Below, one piece after another: positions 29,055 through 38,610 of a stretch of DNA of 64,000 nucleotides. A program made the translations under genes and the position numbers. Each line of letters begins with the position of its first letter. Within the stretch, counting starts at the first letter, position 1. The DNA comes from Chitinophagales bacterium (lineage in GTDB: Bacteria > Bacteroidota > Bacteroidia > Chitinophagales > JADIYW01). The stretch covers positions 449,567-513,566 of the forward strand of contig JAXLTX010000002.1 of the NCBI GenBank assembly GCA_046329775.1, given 5' to 3'. The notes beneath the pieces are model-generated. The model saw nothing but the letters and a program-made list of their open reading frames with translations. It had not been told where the DNA came from and ran no database searches.

Positions 29055-29759
29055 TCACAACTTATCCAGAATTAAAGCCGTGGCAATGGCGGCATTCAGG
29101 GATTCTGCTTTGCCTTTCTTAGGTATGGTAATAGGATAGGTGATTTTTTCCTGAAGCTTCTTATTGATGCCATGACCTTCATTCCCGATTAATATGAATC
29201 CTTTTTTCGTAAAATCCTGTTCGTGGTAATTTTTACCGTTTAATACCGCACCATATACCGGTAATGTATTGGTTGCTATGGTAGTTGCCAAGTCCGCTTC
29301 CAGAATCTGAATGCTACCGATAGAAGCCATACTTGCCTGCACCACTTTGGGGTTGTAGGCATCCACACAGCCATCCGAACAGATAATCTTCTGTATACCG
29401 AACCAGTCGCAGGTACGAATAATGGTTCCCATGTTTCCCGGATCCTGAATATCGTCCAGCAGAACCACCCATTCATCATCCGACACCTCAAATTGACTAT
29501 CCGGTATTTTGAAAACCGCAAGGCTGTTGTAATGATGCTGTAATGCGCTTATCTTGTTCAGAGCATCGCCGGATACTATCTTGACAGGATTCCCGTTAAA
29601 AGTATCGTTATGGATGGTGTATATGTTTACAACTTCGATACCTTTATCTATTAATTCTTTTATAATTTTATCACCTTCTGCGATAAATTGGGAATACTTC
29701 GTTCGGTATTTCTTAATTTTGAGCGAATTGATATGTTTAATTTCAGGTTGACTGAGCAT
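29055..29759 (-). CDS. TrmH/SpoU-family RNA 2'-O-methyltransferase
   Basis: SpoU motifs LDDIQDPGNMGTIIRT, LIGNEGHGI and ESLNAAIATALIL. The ORF-track start at 29780 is a TTG; the first ATG at 29759 gives MLSQPEIKHINSLKIKKYR, a typical N-terminus for this family. Confidence 0.8.
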   Translation of the reverse strand: MLSQPEIKHINSLKIKKYRTKYSQFIAEGDKIIKELIDKGIEVVNIYTIHNDTFNGNPVKIVSGDALNKISALQHHYNSLAVFKIPDSQFEVSDDEWVVLLDDIQDPGNMGTIIRTCDWFGIQKIICSDGCVDAYNPKVVQASMASIGSIQILEADLATTIATNTLPVYGAVLNGKNYHEQDFTKKGFILIGNEGHGINKKLQEKITYPITIPKKGKAESLNAAIATALILDKL

Positions 29760-29762
29760 ACT

Positions 29763-32336
29763 ATGCAAAATTGGGTTCAAAGATGTAAAAAAATAGGATA
29801 TGTTGTGTGCATACTGCTATTGTATTCTTGCAATGCAACCAAACATTTAATAAAAGACGACCAGAGTCTACTGATTGGCAATGGTATTACCGTAAAATAT
29901 ACAGGTAAGGTTATCAGCGATAAAACGGAACTGAAAGACGAATTGGCCAAGCAGGTGGTCTATAATCAACAGCCCAACAAGAAATTCCTCAGCCTTTTCC
30001 GTCTGAAACTGGGGATTTATACCATGTCTATCCTGAAGAATGAAAAAAGGCTGCTCCGAAAGAAACAATTGGAAGACAAAATTACAAGCGGTGACTACAC
30101 CAGAAAAGACACGGCAGAACTGGTAAAATTATTGAAGAAGAAAAAATTCGAAAATTTCCTGAACCAGACCTCCGGAGGTGAAGCGCCCGTGTTGTTTGAT
30201 TCCACTACGATGGAAACCTCCATCCGTAGAATGAAGAATTACCTGTTCTATCACGGCTTTTTCTATAGTGACGTTACAGCCTCCTATAAAACCAAAAAGA
30301 AAAAAACCAGTGTTACCTACCACGTCAGCACCGGGCCGCAGTTTACCTACCGTAATATCACATTGAGCGCAGAGGACAGCGCTTTACTCATGATTGTAAG
30401 CAAAAATACCAAAGAGAGACTATTGCTGAAGGGTGATCCCTTTGATGTAGATATTGTTAAAAAAGAACGGCAACGATTGGCGGATATGATACAAAATAAA
30501 GGTTTCTTCACCTTCAGTCCGGATTACATCTTTATGAATATCGACAGCACAGTCGGCAACCACCAGATTGACGTGAACCTGATGGTTAAGAATGAGACGG
30601 ATTCGCTTAACCATAAGATGTATTCATACATCCAGATTGATTATGATATTCTAAACTTTGACAACAAGAAAGCCAATCAGAAACTCACCAGAAAGGATTT
30701 CATCTATGATACCATTTGCGACGTAAACTATCGCGTCTTAAAGACTTCCGTACTCCCCAGAGCATTGACCAAATCCACCTATATAAAACCAGGCGACTAT
30801 TTCAACAAGGATCAGTTGACAAAAACGAGAAATGCCCTGAACAGTTTAGGTGTGTTTCGGTTCGTAAATATTGAACACGTTCCGATTTCCATTTCACCCG
30901 AAGAAAGCGGCCTTTATACCCGTATTAAATGTGCCCCTGCTAAAAGACACGCCTTCAGCACAGATGTGGAGTTGAATACGAATGCGCAAAGCACGCTCGG
31001 ATTCAACCTCGTAGGTTCTTACCGCAACAACAATCTGTTCCGGTCTGCCGCAAAATTCCAGTTTAATGTGAGCAGTGGTGTGGAATTTCAGCTGTTGAAG
31101 GAAAAACGGCTGGACAATAATGCCGTGAATGCCGTGAATTTCAATATGGAAGCGAAGCTGAATTTGGCGCGCATTTTTCCTTCCTTTAAAAAGAATAAGT
31201 GCATCACCTACCAGAAATACAAACCACGTACCTTCATCAGTCTTAATTATAACTTCCAGAAAAGGATCGGCTTGTACAACATACAAACGGTGGGTACCAG
31301 CTATGGCTATGAATGGTATAACGACAACTACAGGCACATCGTCTCTCCTTTAAGTTTCACGTATGTCATTCCATCTAAAATCAGCGACTCCTTTCAGACG
31401 CAATTGGATGAAAATGCCCGTTTAAAACAGAGTTTCAACCAACAATTCATACTCGGACAGGAATATACCTTTACCTACACGAACCAGAAGCTGAATGTGG
31501 GAAAATACAAGAACTTCTTTTATTTCCGGGCAAATGGCTTTCTGGCAGGCAATGTCTTATTCGCCTTTTCAAAGGCTGTGCAAAAAGACAAGGAATCTCC
31601 TTACAAACTAGGTAAAGTAAACTTTGCGCAATTTGCCAGGATTGAACTGGAACCCAGGTATTTTTTCAATTTCCGGCGGGGGCAGGCATTTTCATTGCGC
31701 ATGTTTGTAGGTGCCGGCATCCCCTATGGAAATTCGAGGTATACGACACTGCAGACAAAATATGATGGTCGCGACACCCTTTTTGAGCGGGAAGTTGCCG
31801 TCATGCCCTACATCAAACAATTCTTTGCAGGAGGTCCGAACTCCCTGCGTGGCTGGGGATTCCGCAGGTTGGGTCCGGGGGGATATAATACGTATGCAGA
31901 CAACAGAAACAATCTGGATCAGACCGGAGACTTGAAATTTGAATTCAATGCCGAATACCGTTTCAACATTTACAAAATATTCAAGGGCGCCCTGTTTACG
32001 GATATCGGAAATATATGGTTACTGAAAGATGACCCCGAAAAACCTCTGGCCAACTTCGACTCCAAACGATTCATGAAAGAACTGGCATGGGATGTGGGTG
32101 TAGGATTGCGCATGGACCTCAACTTTTTTGTCGTTCGTTTTGATGTGGGCTACGCACTTTATGACCCTGCTTTTCCGGCGGGCGACCGATGGACCTTTAA
32201 CAAAATCAATAACGAGAATTATAAGATCCTAAAAGACCCTAGAGACAGAAAAGGTGAAATAAAGCCGTTAGGACTTTATAAAATAAGTTTTACCGATTTT
32301 ATGGGATTAAATTTTGCCATAGGCTATCCATTTTAA
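29763..32336 (+). CDS. Omp85-superfamily outer-membrane protein, lipoprotein type (TamL-like TamA/BamA homolog)
   Basis: ORF 29688..32336; the ATG at 29763 gives a signal peptide with lipobox (VVCILLLYSCNAT). The C-terminal beta-barrel region has FFAGGPNSLRGWGFRRLGPG and the terminal residues AIGYPF. The lipidated TamA homolog (TamL) is described for Bacteroidota. Confidence 0.75.
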   Translation: MQNWVQRCKKIGYVVCILLLYSCNATKHLIKDDQSLLIGNGITVKYTGKVISDKTELKDELAKQVVYNQQPNKKFLSLFRLKLGIYTMSILKNEKRLLRKKQLEDKITSGDYTRKDTAELVKLLKKKKFENFLNQTSGGEAPVLFDSTTMETSIRRMKNYLFYHGFFYSDVTASYKTKKKKTSVTYHVSTGPQFTYRNITLSAEDSALLMIVSKNTKERLLLKGDPFDVDIVKKERQRLADMIQNKGFFTFSPDYIFMNIDSTVGNHQIDVNLMVKNETDSLNHKMYSYIQIDYDILNFDNKKANQKLTRKDFIYDTICDVNYRVLKTSVLPRALTKSTYIKPGDYFNKDQLTKTRNALNSLGVFRFVNIEHVPISISPEESGLYTRIKCAPAKRHAFSTDVELNTNAQSTLGFNLVGSYRNNNLFRSAAKFQFNVSSGVEFQLLKEKRLDNNAVNAVNFNMEAKLNLARIFPSFKKNKCITYQKYKPRTFISLNYNFQKRIGLYNIQTVGTSYGYEWYNDNYRHIVSPLSFTYVIPSKISDSFQTQLDENARLKQSFNQQFILGQEYTFTYTNQKLNVGKYKNFFYFRANGFLAGNVLFAFSKAVQKDKESPYKLGKVNFAQFARIELEPRYFFNFRRGQAFSLRMFVGAGIPYGNSRYTTLQTKYDGRDTLFEREVAVMPYIKQFFAGGPNSLRGWGFRRLGPGGYNTYADNRNNLDQTGDLKFEFNAEYRFNIYKIFKGALFTDIGNIWLLKDDPEKPLANFDSKRFMKELAWDVGVGLRMDLNFFVVRFDVGYALYDPAFPAGDRWTFNKINNENYKILKDPRDRKGEIKPLGLYKISFTDFMGLNFAIGYPF

Positions 32337-32389
32337 CAGATTTATTTCTTTTCAAACAACTTTCCTTACCTTTAATTGTCTTACAGCAC

Positions 32390-34636
32390 ATGCAGCATAT
32401 TATGAAAACAGATGCAAAACAATCGACAGCAAAACAAATGCTGATGGTTGTTTTATTTTGCACTTTCTTTCCTGCATACACATACGCTCAGACGTTTCAG
32501 CGTTTTGATTATCTGCCCGTCACTGCAAACGGTACAACCTTACGTTATCCTTGGACCGGAGGCGTGAACAGCGTTCAGTTTGGGAAGGCGGATGTAGACC
32601 GAGATGGTAAAATAGATTTGGTAGTATACGACAAGAGCAACAGGAAATACCTCACCTTTCTTACTATTTCCGAAAACTCTACAAACTATGTTTTTGACAA
32701 TCATTATGCTGCAAACTTCCCTCCTGTAAGCGGATGGATGATCATGAAAGACTACAATTGTGACGGTATAGAAGATATTTTCACCTATAACGGCATCGCC
32801 AACGCCATGGTCTATACCGGTTATTATTCCGGTGACACATTGCGCTATCGACTGCAACAAAACGGATTCTTTTATCAGGCCAACAGCGGCACCATCAATG
32901 TCTATTGTTCGGATGTAATCAAACCGGCAATAGCAGATGTTAACGGAGATGGAGATTTAGACATGATTTCATTCAACGTATTCGGCAATCGTCTCATCTA
33001 TTATGAAAATCAGCAAAAGGAAGCACGTTTATCCTGCGACAGTCTGTTTTTTGCAAAGGCGGACAACTGCTGGGGAAATGTGCGTGATTCCTTTGCGGCT
33101 TCCTATGCCTTGCAAGACACCTGCACTTACAAGTTTGACAGACAGAACGGCAATGAACAGACATTACATACGGGTTCTTCCATCGAAGCGATTGACATAG
33201 AGCGCAACGGCAGCACCGACTTGCTGATTGGCAGTGTATCATTGGATAATCTGACCATGCTATACAACTACGGCAATAGAAACTATGCGAGTGTACTGCT
33301 GCAGGATGTTACCTATCCGAATTACAACATTCCGTTCAATACGAGTTCTTTCGGAGTTCCCGTTTTTTTGGATGCTGACAACAACGGCACAACGGATCTG
33401 CTGGTCTCCACCTTTGATGAAGGTGCCGCAAACGTTGACAATATCTGGTATTATAAAAACAGTAAAATCAACGGTAGCAGAAGCATCCGTGTGGAATTGC
33501 AGCAAAAAGACTTTCTGCTGGATAATATGATTGACGCCGGTGAAAACTCCAATCCTTGTTTTATGGATGTGGACGGGGACGGACTGACAGATATCCTGTT
33601 GGGTAGCGGAGGTTATAAAGACAATATCAATCCTGCCGTATGTAAACTTCTCTATTATAAAAATACCGGCACCATCAGCAATCCTGCGTTCAACTTGGAG
33701 AATGACGATTTTCTGGGCATCCGGGATCTTGGTGTAAAAGATCTGGTGCCTGCTGCAGGAGATATGGATAATGACCTTGACATGGACCTTCTGATCGGCT
33801 TATCAGATGGGCGGATGATCTGTTGGGAAAACACTGCAGCAACGGGCAGCGCCCCCAATTTAATATACAGGGGCATATTAAAAGATTCCTCCGGGAGCAA
33901 CATATCCATCGGCACTAATGCAGCTCCCTTTTTAGTGGATATCAACAGAGACGGCAAAACGGATCTAATCATTGGTGAACGCAACGGCAACCTCAATTAT
34001 TACAGAGGTACGATGACAACTGCTGCAAAATTTTCATTCGTTACCGATTCTTTAGGAAAGGTAAGAATAAAGACAAATGGCATTTCCATCGGATATACCC
34101 AGCCGTGTGTGTCGGATGTAAACAATGACGGCAAGTACGACCTGATATTGGGAACAAATATAAATGGTCTGTTATTGTATGACAATATAGAAGACCATCT
34201 AGACGATACGTTCAGCAATGCATCTCCTGTCTTAATTGACAATTCCGATAGACGCAGCACTGCAGCCATATCGGATATCAGCGGTGACGGAAAACCTGAA
34301 TTACTCACCGGAAACATCAATGGAGGCCTGATCATCTACAGCCTGGATCCTCCACCATTCATTCCTACCGGAATCAGAAATCCATTTTCGGAGAAACTGG
34401 ATTTTGACCTTTATCCGAATCCTGCCAACAATCAGTTATACATTGATATAAACGGAATTGAAAACAATATCCAGGTGCAGGTATACAGCCTGATCGGGCA
34501 ACTGATAGCCACTGAGAGAAATGAAAGACAACATCATCTCGAATTGAACACCACAGCATTTCCAAATGGGATGTATCTTGTTAAAATCAAAGCAGGACAA
34601 AAAGAAGGCACCCAAAAGGTGATTATCCAGCATTAG
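32390..34636 (+). CDS. FG-GAP/VCBS-repeat beta-propeller protein with a T9SS C-terminal sorting domain
   Basis: Repeated Ca-binding-like DxNxDGxxD loops (DVDRDGKIDL, DVNGDGDLDM, DADNNGTTDL, DVDGDGLTDI, DINRDGKTDL, DVNNDGKYDL, DISGDGKPEL). The CTD is DLYPNPANNQLYIDI...GMYLVKIKAGQKEGTQKVIIQH. Confidence 0.8.
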   Translation: MQHIMKTDAKQSTAKQMLMVVLFCTFFPAYTYAQTFQRFDYLPVTANGTTLRYPWTGGVNSVQFGKADVDRDGKIDLVVYDKSNRKYLTFLTISENSTNYVFDNHYAANFPPVSGWMIMKDYNCDGIEDIFTYNGIANAMVYTGYYSGDTLRYRLQQNGFFYQANSGTINVYCSDVIKPAIADVNGDGDLDMISFNVFGNRLIYYENQQKEARLSCDSLFFAKADNCWGNVRDSFAASYALQDTCTYKFDRQNGNEQTLHTGSSIEAIDIERNGSTDLLIGSVSLDNLTMLYNYGNRNYASVLLQDVTYPNYNIPFNTSSFGVPVFLDADNNGTTDLLVSTFDEGAANVDNIWYYKNSKINGSRSIRVELQQKDFLLDNMIDAGENSNPCFMDVDGDGLTDILLGSGGYKDNINPAVCKLLYYKNTGTISNPAFNLENDDFLGIRDLGVKDLVPAAGDMDNDLDMDLLIGLSDGRMICWENTAATGSAPNLIYRGILKDSSGSNISIGTNAAPFLVDINRDGKTDLIIGERNGNLNYYRGTMTTAAKFSFVTDSLGKVRIKTNGISIGYTQPCVSDVNNDGKYDLILGTNINGLLLYDNIEDHLDDTFSNASPVLIDNSDRRSTAAISDISGDGKPELLTGNINGGLIIYSLDPPPFIPTGIRNPFSEKLDFDLYPNPANNQLYIDINGIENNIQVQVYSLIGQLIATERNERQHHLELNTTAFPNGMYLVKIKAGQKEGTQKVIIQH

Positions 34637-34750
34637 TAAATCCCAGGCGGATAAGATCTTAAAGAAATTTCATCCATATCATACAACAAGTATATCCTTC
34701 TTACAGCCGGCATTTCTAAGACTTCCGTATTCTTATTAAATAGAATTAAC

Positions 34751-34786
34751 CCCAAAAAGGCTGAACGAAAGCTCAACCTTTTTGGG
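34751..34786. terminator. bidirectional intrinsic terminator between convergent genes
   Basis: cccaaaaagg (34751..34760) pairs perfectly with cctttttggg (34777..34786) around a 16-nt loop. The A/T tracts inside the stem ends allow function on both strands. Confidence 0.6.
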
Positions 34787-34804
34787 TTTGTCAGATTATA
34801 TGGT

Positions 34805-36712
34805 TTACAGTTTTATGATTTTCACTTCTGTTCTTCTGTTGTTCTGATGGCAATCGCAATCACCTTTGGAATCGGATGGGCAACCGGTTACACCTGAGCA
34901 ATCCTGCAAGAGCTTGCTTTCACCATATCCTATTGCCGTCATTCTGCTCTTGTCAATTCCATGTTTCACAAGATACTCCACTGCGCTTTCCGCCCTGCAC
35001 TGCGATAATTTCTGGTTGTACTCCGCTGTGCCTCGTTGATCCGTATGCGAAGACAATTCTATGGTCATGTTTTTGTATTGCTTCATGATATCCACCAGAT
35101 GGTCCAGTTCTTTGGAAGCATCATTTCGGATATTACACTTATCAAAATCATAATAGATATTGCGCAATACAAAAGTTTTACCAACCTCCAGCTGTTCAAC
35201 ACATAATTTGAGTCTTACATACAAGGTCTTGTTTCTATCGAGTCCTTTTGTACTGATATCTTCCATATTGGAATAGTATCCGTCTTTGCTTCCAAGCACC
35301 GAATAGTCTGCATTTGATTTCAAATGAAAGCTAAATTTACCCTGTACATCTGTGGTCGCTTTTTCAATTTTTCCGGTTTCTTTATTGGTCAGCTCCACTT
35401 CAACGCCAGCCATCAGCCTATCTTTATTACCACACTCAACGGCTGTACCTTCCAGAATGAATCCGGGATCTTCATACAGCAGTTCTTTATAGATATTCCC
35501 TTTTTTCTCAAACTCAGTTTTCTGAACACTTTCCGTGCTGGTTCTTATACCCCATCTGTCACCGTTTATTCCATACACACCTGGTTCCCTATTCACAAAA
35601 GTCACTTTCCCGTTTTTCGAAGTCTTTAAAGTTTGCAGTATCTTTCCGTTTTCGTCCGTCAGATTTACAGACACTTCATCTACGGGCATACCGGTAAATT
35701 TATCCTTTACCGTAACAATGATATCCTTACTGGCCACTTTAGCCTGTTTAGGTTCTTTCTTCACTTCCTTTGTCTTTTCAACCCTGAATACCAATCCGGC
35801 GCTCAGGGCTAGATGGTTTATATTCATTTTAGAGACAGGATATTTGTCCAACGCAAGCCCACCGTCAAAATATTCAAACGGCACCAGATTACCTCCTCGT
35901 ACAAAATCTTCAGGCCGTAAGTAATTCAATCGGTAGTCTGCATCTTCCGTCACAGCACTGCTCTTTACGAAAGAATGTACATAGTCGATGCCAGCCGTTA
36001 CCCCCACATTCTTATGAAACCAGTAGTTTACGTACAATCCCACTTTTAAACCGGCTGCATTGATTGGTTTGTTGTAGTCATAATCCAGAATGGACTTTCG
36101 TACGGAAGAAATGTTACCTACGGATTTTCTGCCCAGCGTATCTATCCCCACAAATAAAGCCCCCATCTTTAAATGACTTAATCCTACCCGAACATTCATA
36201 TCCACATCCAGTTTGTCACTGGTATAGAGTTTTGCACTGGGACCAATTCCAAAGAAAATGAGTTGCTGGCTGTGGTGATTGTTTTCCACCAGTTTTGTTT
36301 GTACATTGTCACCCGCCGTAGATTCAATAAAGTTGGTGAGTACAGATGGAGGGAGATATTTAAATTTATTGTTGAAATAATCCAAATCCAGACCGAAGCC
36401 TATATTTTTATGAAAATAGAAATCCAGATTGGTACCGCCATAGCCGCCCCATTTGGATTTTAGAAAATCCTGTTTGTCATTATCCCGTGTTTCCGGAACC
36501 ACAAACTCCACTGATAGCACCGAAACACTGTGCGATGCCAACTTATCCGGATAAGATTTAAAATTGGTAGCGGCTCCGCCTTTTACACGAGCCTGAAATT
36601 TAAAATAACGATTCTTTGTAATAACTCCGGCGGAGTCCTGCGCGATGGTCAGATTGGCAAACAGCAGAAAAAAAAGGCTACATAAGATGCTGTTTTTCAT
36701 AAGTCTGTTCAT
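34805..36712 (-). CDS. OmpA-family outer-membrane protein (N-terminal beta-barrel-like region, two carboxypeptidase-regulatory-like domains, C-terminal OmpA domain)
   Basis: Signal peptide. CarboxypepD_reg-like segments (IIVTVKDKFTGMPVDEVSVNLTDENGK...; GVEVELTNKETGKIEKATTDVQGKFSF). The OmpA domain is NIYYDFDKCNIRNDASKELDHLV...SSHTDQRGTAEYNQKLSQCRAESAVEYL...NRRTEVKII. Confidence 0.85.
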   Translation of the reverse strand: MNRLMKNSILCSLFFLLFANLTIAQDSAGVITKNRYFKFQARVKGGAATNFKSYPDKLASHSVSVLSVEFVVPETRDNDKQDFLKSKWGGYGGTNLDFYFHKNIGFGLDLDYFNNKFKYLPPSVLTNFIESTAGDNVQTKLVENNHHSQQLIFFGIGPSAKLYTSDKLDVDMNVRVGLSHLKMGALFVGIDTLGRKSVGNISSVRKSILDYDYNKPINAAGLKVGLYVNYWFHKNVGVTAGIDYVHSFVKSSAVTEDADYRLNYLRPEDFVRGGNLVPFEYFDGGLALDKYPVSKMNINHLALSAGLVFRVEKTKEVKKEPKQAKVASKDIIVTVKDKFTGMPVDEVSVNLTDENGKILQTLKTSKNGKVTFVNREPGVYGINGDRWGIRTSTESVQKTEFEKKGNIYKELLYEDPGFILEGTAVECGNKDRLMAGVEVELTNKETGKIEKATTDVQGKFSFHLKSNADYSVLGSKDGYYSNMEDISTKGLDRNKTLYVRLKLCVEQLEVGKTFVLRNIYYDFDKCNIRNDASKELDHLVDIMKQYKNMTIELSSHTDQRGTAEYNQKLSQCRAESAVEYLVKHGIDKSRMTAIGYGESKLLQDCSGVTGCPSDSKGDCDCHQNNRRTEVKIIKL

Positions 36713-36821
36713 AGTATAGATTTTTGTTACTTAAAATTAGAACAGAAAAAAACCATATGCCATGATAATTATCATATTGCCCAAACGAATGAGAATTCGG
36801 ACAATTAACTGAATCCTTAAA

Positions 36822-36855
36822 AATAAAAAAAGGCTGAACGGAATATGTTCAGCCT
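36822..36855 (-). terminator. intrinsic terminator downstream of tRNA-Cys
   Basis: aggctgaac (36831..36839) pairs with gttcagcct (36847..36855) around a 7-nt loop. On the minus strand it is followed by a T-run (plus-strand a-run 36824..36830). Confidence 0.65.
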
Positions 36856-36869
36856 TATCAAAATGGTTG

Positions 36870-36940
36870 AGGTCGGTGGCGGATTCGAACCGTCGTAGAA
36901 GCTTTTGCAGAGCTTTGCCTAGCCTCTCGGCCAACCGACC
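36870..36940 (-). tRNA. tRNA-Cys (anticodon GCA)
   Basis: Manual fold of the reverse complement: acceptor GGTCGGT/ACCGACC; D-arm GCCG-AGAGGCT-AGGC; anticodon stem AAGCT/AGCTT with loop CTGCAAA; 4-nt variable loop; T-arm GACGG-TTCGAAT-CCGCC (one A.C mismatch); discriminator U (a tRNA-Cys identity feature). Length 71 nt; CCA is not encoded. Confidence 0.9.
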
Positions 36941-36953
36941 ATTTTGTGGACTG

Positions 36954-36983
36954 CAAAACTACATTTTTTTAGTGAAAAACAAA
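36954..36983 (-). promoter_or_regulatory. candidate Bacteroidota-type promoter for tRNA-Cys
   Basis: On the minus strand, TTTG (plus 36980..36983), then 18 nt, then TAGTTTTG (plus 36954..36961), ending 13 nt upstream of the tRNA 5' end. This matches the TTTG / TAnnTTTG consensus described for Bacteroides sigma-A promoters. Confidence 0.5.
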
Positions 36984-37012
36984 ATTTTTAAGTGTAGTTT
37001 TTGTAAAAAGTA

Positions 37013-37372
37013 CTAATCTTCCACCTCTACCACACTTGCCTCCACTTTATACCCCAGTGGCGGATGTAACTTTCGAATTTTAATTCGAATCGTATCTTCC
37101 TTTACCACAAACAAGCGAATATCCTCTATTATCTTTCTCGCCAGACGTTCAATCAATTGCACCGGTTCCTGCATATTTTTCTGAACCGCTGTGTAAATCT
37201 GCTCATAATTCACGGTACCATGCAAATCATCGTCTTTTTCAGCCTTTTGAGCGTTTGTCTGCACCCAAACATCCACGACATATTTGCCGCCAATCTTTTG
37301 TTCCTCCGCATACACCCCGTGATGCGCATAAAATTCCATCCCTTCCAACCCTATCCAAACTTTTTTTTGCAT
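37013..37372 (-). CDS. folB: dihydroneopterin aldolase
   Basis: GLEGMEFYAHHGVYAEEQKIGGKYVVDVWV...VNYEQIY. About 119 aa from the ATG at 37372 (ORF track 37013..37411). Confidence 0.85.
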   Translation of the reverse strand: MQKKVWIGLEGMEFYAHHGVYAEEQKIGGKYVVDVWVQTNAQKAEKDDDLHGTVNYEQIYTAVQKNMQEPVQLIERLARKIIEDIRLFVVKEDTIRIKIRKLHPPLGYKVEASVVEVED

Positions 37373-37403
37373 ACCTTTGTTTATCATACAAAAATAGAAT
37401 TTT

Positions 37404-38591
37404 ATGTCCAATAGATATGCTTCTTCTTTCCGTGGTTTCGATTATTTAAATCTGGACGAACAGCTGAGCGATGAACAGAAACTGATTCGCGACAGTGTGC
37501 GAAGCTGGGTAAACACTTCGGTTATTCCGATCATTGAAGACTGTGCCGAACACAATCAGTTCCCGAAACATCTGATCAAAGAATTGGGAGAAATCGGTGC
37601 TTTTGGTCCGCATATTCCTACAGAGTACGGCGGCGGCGGATTAGATGCCATTTCTTACGGATTGATTATGCAGGAGCTGGAACGCGGTGATTCCGGTATT
37701 CGCAGTTGTGCCAGTGTACAAAGTTCTTTAGTGATGTATCCCATCTGGAAATACGGAAGCGAAGAACAACGCATGAAATTCTTGCCCAAACTGGCAAAAG
37801 GCGAATTGCTGGGTAGTTTCGGATTGACAGAGCCGAATCATGGCAGCGACCCTTCTTCTATGGAAACACGCCTGTTAAAGAAAGACGGAAAATATATCCT
37901 GAACGGTGCCAAGATGTGGATCACCAACTCTCCCATGTGTGATATAGCGATTGTTTGGGCAAAGAATGAAGAAGGTCATGTAGTGGGATGTATTGTGGAG
38001 CGAGATATGCAAGGCTTTTCAACGCCGGAAATAAAAGGAAAATGGAGTTTGCGCGCCAGCATTACGGGCGAGTTGATTTTTGATGATGTGAAAATTCCGG
38101 AAGCCAATATATTGCCATTGGCAAAAGGACTAAAGGCGCCTCTGTCCTGCCTGTCCTCTGCCCGATACGGTATTGCCTGCGGTGCCTTAGGTGCTGCGAT
38201 GGACTGCCTCCACCATGCCGTAGAATATAGCAAGGAGCGGAAGCAGTTTGGGAAGCCATTGGCTGCTTTTCAGTTGACGCAAAAGAAACTGGCTGAAATG
38301 CTGACGGAACTGACGAAAGCACAATTACTTTCCCTGCAATTGGGGAAACTGAATATTGAAGAGAAAATCACACCGGCTCAGATTTCTATGGGTAAACGCA
38401 ACAATGTGGAAACCGCCTTGCGTATCGCGCGTGAAAGTCGACAGATATGCGGTGCCATGGGTATTACCGGCGATTTTCCGTTTATGCGCCATGCTATGAA
38501 TCTGGAAAGTGTAATAACCTACGAAGGTACGCATGAAGTGCATTTATTAATTACAGGAATGGATATGACCGGTGAAAATGCATTCGGGTAA
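37404..38591 (+). CDS. gcdH: acyl-CoA dehydrogenase, glutaryl-CoA dehydrogenase type
   Basis: N-terminus FDYLNLDEQLSDEQKLIRDSVRSW. The middle is GSFGLTEPNHGSDPSSMETR. The C-terminus is VITYEGTHEVHLLITG (catalytic Glu context). The 395-aa length is typical. Confidence 0.8.
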   Translation: MSNRYASSFRGFDYLNLDEQLSDEQKLIRDSVRSWVNTSVIPIIEDCAEHNQFPKHLIKELGEIGAFGPHIPTEYGGGGLDAISYGLIMQELERGDSGIRSCASVQSSLVMYPIWKYGSEEQRMKFLPKLAKGELLGSFGLTEPNHGSDPSSMETRLLKKDGKYILNGAKMWITNSPMCDIAIVWAKNEEGHVVGCIVERDMQGFSTPEIKGKWSLRASITGELIFDDVKIPEANILPLAKGLKAPLSCLSSARYGIACGALGAAMDCLHHAVEYSKERKQFGKPLAAFQLTQKKLAEMLTELTKAQLLSLQLGKLNIEEKITPAQISMGKRNNVETALRIARESRQICGAMGITGDFPFMRHAMNLESVITYEGTHEVHLLITGMDMTGENAFG

Positions 38592-38610
38592 TTACTTCAT
38601 CTAAAGGCTT

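Noticed and set aside
34756-36840. An identical 14-mer, aaaaaggctgaacg, occurs in both hairpins flanking the 34805..36712 OmpA gene (34756..34769 and 36826..36839). This suggested flanking direct repeats of an insertion.
   Set aside because: By my rough estimate several exact 14-mer coincidences are expected in 64 kb. The rest of the two hairpins differs, there is no mobility gene, and both are adequately explained as independent terminators.
36737-36934. A 65-aa minus-strand ORF.
   Set aside because: It overlaps the tRNA-Cys gene and its terminator. The region is fully explained by the tRNA.
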